A stretch of 62,946 nt of DNA, the filler included, from Licmophora abbreviata (lineage: Eukaryota), in assembly GCA_900291995.1 (NCBI GenBank). It is 11 parts of 11 records of this genome, joined end to end, with 100 filler letters (N's around TTAATTAATTAA, not from the genome) between each part and the next. Parts side by side here need not be neighbours in the genome. Positions count along the whole stretch, not along the records: positions 41,007 to 49,148 come from OLMU01001734.1; positions 49,249 to 52,302 come from OLMU01001735.1; positions 52,403 to 53,889 come from OLMU01001736.1; positions 53,990 to 56,347 come from OLMU01001738.1; positions 56,448 to 57,701 come from OLMU01001740.1; positions 57,802 to 62,946 come from OLMU01001744.1; 5 more parts are not named here. The stretch is one strand, 5' to 3'. The position numbers were made by a program, and so were the translations under genes. Within the stretch, counting starts at the first letter, position 1, and each line of letters starts with the position of its first letter. Under the pieces are notes generated by a model, which worked only from the letters and a program-made list of their open reading frames with translations, was not told where the DNA came from and did no database searches. Positions 47,196 through 60,273 of this stretch are shown here, in pieces.

Positions 47196-50100
47196 ATGGA
47201 CGAATCGTCGTCGCCTTCGGCGTCCTTGCCGGCTGGAGTTGCCTCTCCGACTGCTACTCCTGATATAGATCTGAATTCCATGATGAATTTGTCGCTTTTG
47301 GATCCTCCAGCTTTGGGTGGGCCGCTGTTGGAGGAATCGTCAATGTCCTGACTCCTCATGAGGTGAGTACTGCAGACTACGTAGAAATCTACGTGAGAGA
47401 GGATACGGTGTATCATTCGGAAAGCAACCTATCATGTCAGCCTTTTTAATTTTCTTATTTCGTTATTTCTTTGCATAGCGAGCAAGAAGAGAATCGACCC
47501 GAGAACAGTATTTAAAGGCGGCAAAGGAAAAGGAAAACGACGAAGCCCGAACAAGAGAGCGCGAGCGTGACAGTCAGATTGACTCCAGCTCCGAACCGTC
47601 CGCAACAGCTTCCGCCGATGAGTCTGGATCCAGTAAACGCGACGCGGCACCGTGTGAGAATCAAAATGTGAACTTGGATTCGGCATCTGATTCAAGGAGA
47701 GCTCCGATTGAAGTGGCGCCTGCTTCTGTGGGTGATTCGGGAGCGACGCGATCGCTGTCGGATGCATTGGATGATGCCGCCAGTACCTCATCTGGCCCTT
47801 TGCTCAAGGTGACCGTGCAGCCGGGTCTGAAACCCACGCGACAAAATATACAACTGGAGCACACATTTGGCTCGTCGGAGCCAATGCTGGCCCAAATTGG
47901 CGACCCCTCATCGGGTCTGGAGGAACCGGCAAAGAAGAAAGCGCCTGCGACGACGACTGTTTCTAGCAACAGTAACGAGGAAGCGCCTGCAGCTCCAACA
48001 AGAGACAACCGCAAGAGACGAAGCATGGAGGTGCCGTCAGCCTTGAGCGACCAGGGGGTGCTCGATATGCATGCGTACCATCGGGGGAGAGAGGGATCGG
48101 AGCCACGGTCCGAGGTTTCTGGATGCTTGTTGTGTGAAGAAGCCAAGACGGATACGAACCATGACTGGGAGCCTCCCAAGCTTTGTACAAACATCACAGT
48201 TTGTTTTCCACTGGTGGACGAGGAGAGTGATTCGCGTATTGAAAACCCTCTGGATACTCGGAGACGTAAGGAGGACGTGGCAAGGTATAGAGAGATTGTT
48301 GAATGGGACTTGTCAGACCCTACAACGCAGACACCGCTGGTTTTTGCGACGAACATCGCCGCCGAGTTTGGTCTATCGTTTGCCCAGACGCTCGACCTGG
48401 CTTCATCCATACAACGACAACTTGATGCTTTTGCTCGAAAAAAAGTGTCGTACAAACCTCCCGTTTCCCTTAATGATCCATACGGCAATTGCCGGCCAAC
48501 AGAAGATCTAGTATCACACGTGCTTGGCGGTGCGGTGCAACTTTACGGAGGTGTCAATACAGAAGTTCCCGGTGGTGTGCAGTTTCCGCGAGAAATGTGC
48601 GCTGCTCTTGATTCTCAGTCTGGAGACGACGATGCTGGATCGTCTGACGAACGAGTTGGTGGCGCCCGGAAATCCTTACCAGGAGGAGCGACCCGCCCGC
48701 AGGTCGAGCAAGAGTATCGTGCCGAGGTCCAGAGACGGGCGAAAGTCGGATCGAAAAACGAAATTCAGCGTCTCTCTTTGGTACGAGATGAGAAAGTGGT
48801 CGGTGCACTTAGCTCCGAAGCCGATGTTGTCTGTCATCTTTGCCGATCACGATGCAGGCGGGGCGTCCGCTTTGCTTGTGGGATCGGTAATCACACGATG
48901 TGTCTCACTCATGCAGAGGTACGTGTTTGGGACTGAATTGACGAAGGTGATATTGCAAGATTTCCTTTGTGACGATCGGCTCATCGTGCTGCCCTCTTCT
49001 GTTTGTGCAGGACCGGTTCGGGGTCCAACTGAACGGCGGCGATCCTCGTGTACTCGACTTTTGTCCACTTTGCTCCCTGACCTGTCGCTGCCGAAAATGT
49101 TCGAGGAGATTAGATTCAGTAGCTCTTGTTCTGAAGGAGAAAAGTTTGNNNNNNNNNNNNNNNNNNNNNNNNNNNNNNNNNNNNNNNNNNNNTTAATTAA
49201 TTAANNNNNNNNNNNNNNNNNNNNNNNNNNNNNNNNNNNNNNNNNNNNCCGAAAATGTTCGAGGAGATTAGATTCAGTCGCTCTTGTTCTGAAGGAGAAA
49301 AGTTTGGAACAGGACGTCACGCCAGACGGAACAATCTTTGATGAAGCCTTTGCGTTGTGTAAACGGGCTAGCCTCGGGAATATGAGACGTACTCCGAAAG
49401 TGTCCGAAAAGAAGCGGACGACGGTTACGGTTCCAAAAGTTCCTGCGTCGGAATTTCCTCGCGAAGTCTGCGGGGGGCGCGATCTTGACCCCGGGACGCC
49501 AGATGACTATCGCACCGTGTACACGACGGATGGTATTTTTGTCCGCAACGACGTGGGCAGCCCTCTTTCACCCGAAAAGAAGGCGTCACTCCCATCCCCG
49601 AGTCCGGTCGGTACCGTACCCGAAGATGGCAACGTTGACTATTGCAACATTTGCATGAAGACTGGCAATCTCTTCTGTTGCGATCGATGCCCTCGGGCTT
49701 TCCATCCAGAGTGCATGGATGCCAAAGACAAAGCGACCGGCGAGGAGACGCACTGGGAGTGCCATGTGTGCGAGAAAGAGAAGGAAGGGGTTCCCGATGA
49801 CGTCGTCACTGGTAAAGAGTCGTTGCGCATCATCCTTCCAAGCTGTAGTGATTTGCAGCATTCGTCGAGCTTGTTGCAGAGCTTGCGAGTGCTTGCAATG
49901 GTTCATGAAATGATCACAAAGCTGGTCACCTATGATTTTGGTCCCGTCTTCAGATCACCAGTTGATAGAAAGCTCGTGCCCGGATACAACAAGATTATCA
50001 AGCATCCAATGGACTTAGGAACAATTGGGTCAAAGCTTGTAGATGGCTCCTACTTGCGACTTTACAAGGAAAACCAGTCATGGGACGACGTCATCGCGCC

Positions 50101-51541
50101 TGTGCTCCAGGACATTGAGCTCGTATGGCACAACTGTTTCATTTTCAATTTTGAAGGGAGCTCCGTGTTCAGAATGGCGGAGGTCCAGCGTCGAAAGTCG
50201 GCGAATATTCAGAAACGAAGTTTTGACCATTTGCTTAGTGAAACTGTCAAGGGCCGTGTGAAGGTATATGTTCAGCGATGCGAGGAGCAGCGAGGCAAGA
50301 TCGTCCGGGGCTCTTCTGGTACTAACCCAGACCATCGCTCGCGCGGGAAGAACAAGATCATCGTGCCTGTCTCGGTTGGCCGCACTGCTCGGTCGGTAGC
50401 AGTGCTGGATCCAGATACTGGTTTAGTTGTCAAGATTTACACGACGATCAAGGCGGCGTGTCTGGCAGCCACATTCTTGGCCGGTTTAGGAAATGCCGTA
50501 GAGTACACGACTTTCGCTGAGGGAACATTGCGGACTCTGCTCCGAAAGTCTCACGTGGATCCTCGCGCTCTATTATTCGGGCATCGCTGGGTGTATCTCG
50601 ACGATCTTCAGGGTAGGAAAGTGAGATTTGGGGATGAGAAGGAAATGGAAGCTAAGCCCGTAGAGCAAGTCTCCGGCTTTGTTCACATGAAAGACGGCGG
50701 CTTCTCGTATATGTTTGTTTCCGTCGAAGAAGCTCTATGTTTCCCCGACCTTCCGAAGGAGGTACCTCTCGACGAGATTCGTAAACGACTCTCAGAGTGT
50801 CCGATCGGTGAATGGCGTTCAATTGTAGGTCGCAGCTGGAGGCGGATACTTCCCCCGGATGGTATCTCGTTCCCGGAACGGCGTACACAACAGCCGCTGT
50901 TAGAGAACAGAATGACTGGGATTCAGAACCCCTTTTCATCAGCCGTGACGATACTGAAAGAGGATTTAATTTCAAGGTGTGTCCTCTTGGGATTTGACAG
51001 CTTGGAAGCGGCTTATGGCGACTGGCTGAGGACACGCGAGGGGTCCCCAATTAGTCTCCCTCGTGAGCAAGACGACATTGAGTACTTCAAATCCTACTAT
51101 CTCTCAGGCCCAAGAAACGTGGATGGCATTATCTGGAGACGACTTCCACCGCGGATCGAACAAGGAACAAACGGCGTCAGCAATAGTGGTGTCACAAAAC
51201 CAAATCTTATGTCTGCTTCCAGCACTCCCACGAACTGGGCGAAGAAGCATCAGTTGGACGTTATCAATGGTCGACCGCAGTTGGTAACTTGTGGAATCGC
51301 ACCTGGCCCAAATGGAAATTCCGGTAGAACCGGCGTTGTTGAGAGCGCTAATGACCACTCTGAGAAGCGGGTTGAGTCGGAAGACGAGAACACAATGGCG
51401 CCAAACTCGCTCGAAGATGCACCCGACGAGCCTTTGAACGGACTCTTGCTCGCCGACAAGATGCGACGATCCAAGAGAGAGCGAGAGGATGACGGCGGAA
51501 TTACAGAGAACCACCACATGGCCAAAAAGATAAATGTATGA
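47196..51541 (+). CDS. Chromatin protein: SNF5-like repeat + Cys-rich finger + PHD + bromodomain + 3 NUMOD1-like modules
   Basis: EIVEWDLSD..TPLVFATNIAAEFGL...SIQRQL (SNF5); CHLC..C..H.MC..H / CPLC..CRCRKC; CNIC..LFCCDRCPRAFHPEC..WECHVC (PHD); FRSPVD..PGY..IIKHPMDLGTI..NCFIFN (bromo). 5' exon boundaries uncertain; contigs overlap across the 49149 spacer. Confidence 0.8.
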
Positions 51542-51582
51542 TAAGCTTGTCAACTTGCAAAACTTCCACTCTACTGTGTTAG

Positions 51583-53762
<2,180 letters not shown>

Positions 53763-53989
53763 GATCGTGGTTACTACTACTTTGCGATAGAGATATACTT
53801 CGCGACAGACGTATGGAAAATTGTGAGGCGCTGGCACACTTGAGCTTGAGCATGTTGAATGAGCCGCGCTTTGGCGGGAAAGAGTTCTTNNNNNNNNNNN
53901 NNNNNNNNNNNNNNNNNNNNNNNNNNNNNNNNNTTAATTAATTAANNNNNNNNNNNNNNNNNNNNNNNNNNNNNNNNNNNNNNNNNNNN

Positions 53990-54521
<532 letters not shown>

Positions 54522-54860
54522 GAAGGAGAAGTTTCAAGTTGACTGATAGAGGGTAGATAAAGATGTAGGTCGCCTGCAGTTTTCCCTTTGAAAGAGTCTT
54601 ACCGTTAGTTTCTAACGAACGATGTTAGATGTTAACTTTTCTGAACGAACGGGTGATTAGAGATAGGGAGAACGGGAGCCCAGAACCTCTTCGAAGATCG
54701 CGCGACGTCGCGCGCCTCCCTTCGATTTCGACTCCGTGATCCGAATTTAACACAGTTGCCACAACAAAGCCACGATCACCGCTGGCTTCGCTGTTGACAA
54801 ATCCTTCCTGTTGTGTCGACGTTCTATCGACCTTTGCTGGAGACCAAGCCTAGCAAGAGT

Positions 54861-56347
54861 ATGGGACAAGATAGCGAGGCAGCGGCCGAATTGGTAGCAA
54901 CCATTCGTGGAGAGCATGTGCCCATGAAGACGTGGTTTCAAGGCTCGTCGGCCGAAGCAGGGGCTCTCCGTACCAAGTATGGAGACTATCCCTCGCTTTG
55001 GAAAGAAGTTCTGAATTGGCCTGGATGGAAAGAAGCCCGTAAAGCGTATTTGCAGTACACGCAAGCCAAGGCAAGCGGCGACAGCGCCAGTAGCAATCAG
55101 TCGTCGGCCGTCCCTCGAAAGCGTCGATCCCGCTGGGGTACTGCTGATGACGGGGACAAGCAAGCGCCGGATCAGAAGCGACGATCGCGTTGGGGGCGCG
55201 AAGAGCAGGCTCCTCGACCGCCACAGTCTGCCCCGATCCTTCCCGGTCTCCCTGGGTTGCCATCGAATTTGAATCCGGAGCAGCAGCGTGAAATGTCGGC
55301 TTTGCAAGGCCGCTTGCGCACAATCAATGATAAGCTTTCTACTCTGGATCAAGAAGCTGCGAGGGTCGATGCCTTGCCGCGTGGACATCGTGAACGATCT
55401 CCTTCCCCGCCTCCCATCTACGGAGTCGATGGTAAGCGCAAGAATACGCGTGCGGTTCGTTGGCGTGACCGTTACACGGCAGAGCGCAACGACGTCTTGG
55501 AAAAGCTCATGAGTATGAATCCGGCCACGCGTCAGAGCGGAAACATGTTCAGACGCAAGCGTTCCAACAAAATTCCCATTCCGATTCATGCACATCCCAC
55601 ATACAACTTTATTGGACTCATTATTGGACCTCGTGGAAAGACGCAAAAGGATCTTGAGGCCAAGACTGGATGTAAGATTGCTATTCGAGGAAAGGGGTCC
55701 GTCAAGGAGGGAGCGCGTGGAAGAAGGGATGGAAAACTAATGGAAGGTGATAATGAGCCGCTGCACGTTGTTATTACGGGAGACGACCAAAGGTCGGTCG
55801 ATGCGGCCTCTGATATGATCCATCAGATGCTGGTTGTTATTGACGACGAAAAGAACGTGCACAAGCAACAGCAGTTGCGCGAATTGGCCTTGTTGAATGG
55901 AACACTCAAGGAAGACGAGTACTGCCAGATTTGTGGCGAGAAGGGACACCGCTCCTTCGAATGTCCTCGTAGGTTCTCCATGAACAAGCCTACTATTTCG
56001 GTCAAGTGTGCCATTTGCGGTGATACGAGTCATCCCACTCGCGATTGTACACAGAAGCCGACGGATCAGAAAAATACGCAAGAGATTGATTCGGAATACA
56101 TGAACTTTATGGCAGAACTGGACGGCACCAAGGTAGAAAAGAAGTCTGGGGCCGCGCCTCCTGGTGCCCCGGTAGTTCCCACTCCTGGCCTCACGTCGAC
56201 GGGCATCACCATTCTCAAGCCTGCAGCAACGACTGTAACGGGGACAAATTCGTCTCTCCCACCGCCTCCGGCCGGCATGCCTAGCGGCTTGCCTCCTCTA
56301 TCGTCCGCTGGAATGGCAGCAGGACCGCCTGTGGGACTGCCGCCACC
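54861..56347 (+). CDS. SF1: Splicing factor 1 / branchpoint-binding protein
   Basis: ULM RKRRSRW, RSPSPPPIYG..GKR.NTR, KH NFIGLIIGPRGKTQK..KIAIRGKGS, QUA2 KQQQLRELALLNGTL, two CCHC knuckles and a Pro-rich tail running into the gap. Confidence 0.96.
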
Positions 56348-56482
56348 NNNNNNNNNNNNNNNNNNNNNNNNNNNNNNNNNNNNNNNNNNNNTTAATTAAT
56401 TAANNNNNNNNNNNNNNNNNNNNNNNNNNNNNNNNNNNNNNNNNNNNCCTTGCGCTGTTTCAATGTAACTCCCAGCGGAATC

Positions 56483-57701
56483 ATGGAGCGATGGACGTTT
56501 CCACAAGCTCATTCGCATGTTCTCGATACTAGCACAGTTGCGGTTTCTGCGTCGGCGAGTCTGTCCCGAAACCATGGAGCCTCCGCCGCAGGACCCATTC
56601 GATCCCTCCAGTTTGAAGCTGATGGGTATCAGCTCTTATTGGTCGATGCGCAACAAGAACGTTTGAGCATCTATCATGCGAACAGTATTTCACCGAGGAA
56701 TGTGATGGAAAATGACTCAACGCTATCTGGCATCACGTGTGCTTCTTGGAATCATGGGTCCAATGCGAATGACCTTCTCGTTGGAGATGTCACAGGAAAC
56801 ATGCATATGGTCACCTTGCAGGGAGACAAGGTCCGAATTCTCCAATCAATTCCATTTCCTGGCAAAGAGGGAGGATATACATGTACGCACCTGGAATGTT
56901 TCTCCGACAGCGATACTACCAGCGTGGCGGCCGGCTTTTGTCGTGTCGTGGCATTCGACGAAGAAGAGGATGAAGAGAATCCGGACGACTTGGCCGATCA
57001 TGAACCCCTCTTGTTTGTCGGTCCACTCTCAGGTCCATTGGTCGACTTGGGGGATGCAGTACCCTTCTTTTCCGTCCCCAAGCATGGACGTCATGTGTTC
57101 TTCACGTCGTATATTGCTCCTCTGCTCTTAGTGGCCTGCAACGTAGCAAGTGATGTCGCGGTGGTGGGACGTGAAACTAGTGGCAAGTGGGATATTCTCG
57201 AGTTGCAAGAGGGCTTTGCCGCCACGACGCCCACCAACGATGAGGATGAATACACCTTTCCCTTGGGCGTATCAGCGATTCTTCTTCCAGATGGATCGCA
57301 GGCGCTACTGCTGGCATCTACGGATGGATCGCTGTCGACCTTTGAAATACTCAATCAAAACGATCCAAATGCGTTTGTTCATTCCATCGCGGCGGTACCA
57401 TCCGGTGTCGACGGTCTTCCAGATATGCCGGTAGAAGAAGTGTCGGCAGCTCCGGAGTTCCTGGATGAGCCTCCTCCGCCCGTTGCCTCGCCGCCAGAAA
57501 ATACGCAGCCGGAGTCATCGACCTTCTTCCGGGGTAGCGTCGCCCATGTTGGATCTTCCACCCCGTTTGGCCACTCTACGGGTGCACCCAAGGGTCTCTT
57601 CTGGTCCACTGCGACCGAGCCTACTAGTTCAGCGACGCCATCCGCTGTTGATCAGTCTTCTGCCGCGGCGTCACAGTTGGATTCTCCATCGACATCACTG
57701 T
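56483..57701 (+). CDS. Beta-propeller protein, Nup214/Nup159 N-terminal-like (3' cut by gap)
   Basis: Beta-rich repeats ending DEYTFPLGVS...LLLASTDGSLSTF, followed by an S/T/P-rich region beginning STPFG. Confidence 0.55.
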
Positions 57702-57801
57702 NNNNNNNNNNNNNNNNNNNNNNNNNNNNNNNNNNNNNNNNNNNNTTAATTAATTAANNNNNNNNNNNNNNNNNNNNNNNNNNNNNNNNNNNNNNNNNNN
57801 N

Positions 57802-60232
57802 CCCGCTGCTAGTTTCGTTTTCTTCCGACGCACTGAACCTTCAAGAATGCTCCATCCCGCACCATCCTGCAACAATTCAAGAGCCAGTTGGCTCGCATGA
57901 AGCCGTCTTGCTGTCGGGGTGGAATGTAACTTCGTTTTTGGCTACCCCGGAAACTTTTATCAAAGACCACGGGCAGACGCCCTTCTATGTGAAAGATCAT
58001 GTTGTTCAGATTCATGGTGCGCAATGTGTCCTTTCCTTTCAATCTCTTTGGAACTACATTTCAACGACCGACGCTGCGCAGGCCCCCATGGCCTTTACCA
58101 ACGATCAAGAAAACAAGGCATGGTTTGCCAGCTTGCCACAGTTCGAAGTTCCCCCGTCACTTGGTCATATTTCAGGCTTTTCTGTACTTTCAGTCTTGCG
58201 CAAGGGGCAGTCGCATGCGTTCCACAAGCATGGTGAGAGCTGGATTGCCTCTGCTGCTGGTTACAAAGTCTGGTGGTTCTTGCCGCCAACAAACACGGCA
58301 CCAGAGAAGGTGAATTCTTGTCTTTATCTCGCCGGCAAAGCTCAGCCTCCTCCAGGCACTAAAACATGTGTCCAGTCGCCGGGTACCATCATTTGGTTCC
58401 CCAAAGATTGGTATCATGCAACTTGTGCATTGTCGGATTGGACGGTCGGCATTGGAAAGCAGCAGGGGCCCTTGATTCGCCAGCAGTTTCCATTGCTACC
58501 AGAACGAGTGATCGAAGAAACAGATGCAAAGATTAATAAGATTGTGGAAGAGTGTTTGCCAAGATCGACTGTCGCAGAAGGCGATTGGAAGTGGTACGAT
58601 GGAAACTTGACCGTTTACTACAATGATCTGGAAAAGGATCACAATCGCAATCCCAATGACGTGAGCAAATATGCCGTACATCGATGGATGGGAGAGAAAC
58701 GATCTACCTTAGTGCATTACGAGCTAATCCATGGTGCCCTGAAATTTCATGGCAAAGAGCGTCAAACGGTAATGGATGCCGGGTGCGGGCTGGGGTCGGC
58801 TTTGATGTGGATGGAACAACATGAACCGACCTGGACCTTGCGGGGCCGCACCATTTCGGACGAGCAACTTCAGTTCATTGAGCAACAGCTTCCTCGGCAT
58901 AAATTTCAAGTCCAGTTGCAGAGCTTCGATGAGCTGGATGGCGAGGGCATGTTTGACTCGATTTACAGCATTGAAGCTCTGATTCACTCCGCTGACATTG
59001 CCGCGACGCTATCCGTGTGGGCAGACCACCTTGGCGTGGATGGTACGATTGTCATTATTGACGATTTTCTATCTCCTGGAGTTAACCTCAGGGACCCTGA
59101 TGTTCAGTTTTTCTGCAAGTCATGGCTTGCCAACTCGCTAGTAACGACCGTCGAGCTGAATGCCATTGCCAGGCGATCGGGCTTGGAACTCGTAGAGTCA
59201 CGCGACTTGCTGGCTGAGTATCGAATCGTGGAACTCAACTATCGTAATTCCATCCCCAAGCTGGATCCTGACGCCAACAAAAATCACCAAGGCTGGATGG
59301 GGAGCAAACTACGACAAAAGCTGACTGTAGAGGGCAAGCTGGGCTACAACATGGTCATCTTTCGTAAGAGAGATCGGCCTGCGGCCGTTGTCGACACGCA
59401 GTGTCTGTCGGTCCCGTCGTCGTCTAATACTTCCCCATCGACTCTTCCCCGTATCATTGCAAAGGACGAATGTCTTTCAGGATGGTATTGCTGTAACAGG
59501 GGCACCGAGTACCTGGAGCGAATGGCCACAAATCGAACACACAATTATGGTTATCTCAAACTTGACGATTCTCTCTTCGGGAATTACATGGAGGTATTCG
59601 CAAAGCAGCTTAACACATTTTACGAAACCATTCCAACAGGCTACACCGGAAAGTTTTTGGACATTGGGGCGACTGGATCGACAGCCTCGGGCATGACGCA
59701 GGTCACGACCAAATTTCAGCACTTCGCGGGTCCCCTGGAGTACTGGATGCTGGATAGCGACCCTGCCGCCAAATCCTTGAACAGAACGATATACTGTGAT
59801 GTTTGCGACTGTCCTGGCGCTTCCACGTGTGGGTTTGATGTGACCTTTTCGCACACAGTGCTCGAGCATGCCGCCTACCCGCACAAAGCGTTCGATACTG
59901 TAGCTCGGGCTACAAAGAAGGGAGGGCTTACGATGCACTTGCTTCCTTTTTCATATCAGTATCACGCTACTCCTGATGATTATTATCGCTTCAGCCATTC
60001 GGCATTGACAGCGTTGGTGAGTCTGAATTACCGCCTGCGACTGGCTTCATCGGTGCATTTACTGACACAGATACTCTACTGGCTTTGACTCACCGTACAG
60101 TTGGAGGATAGAGGATTTGATGTCCTTGACGTTGGCTACGATCTCTGCAGCAAGCCGCCTCGCGCCAGCAAGAACTTCGATGAGCATTACGATCTCATAT
60201 GGCTGACTTATGCCGTGGGACGAAAGAAGTAA
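57802..60232 (+). CDS. JMJD8-like JmjC/cupin fused to two class I SAM methyltransferase domains (5' cut by gap)
   Basis: AFHKHG..G.KVWWFLPP..CVQSPGTIIWFP..WYHAT; MDAGCGLG..FDSIYSIEALIH; FLDIGA..FDVTFSHTVLEH..HATPDDYYRFS. Intron 60017-60100; stop 60230-60232; frame open back to the gap. Confidence 0.8.
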
Positions 60233-60273
60233 CCAGCTCACCGGCAAAAATGATGCAGGTTTATTTAAATGAT

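Noticed and set aside
47261..47263. In-frame TGA upstream of the chromatin gene as possible selenocysteine or readthrough
   Set aside because: No redox motif or SECIS seen; a small indel in the first exon is a simpler explanation.
47661..48488. 275-aa antisense ORF
   Set aside because: Shadow of the SNF5/PHD/bromo gene; low complexity.
54747..55646. 299-aa antisense ORF
   Set aside because: Shadow of the clearly conserved SF1 gene; no motifs.
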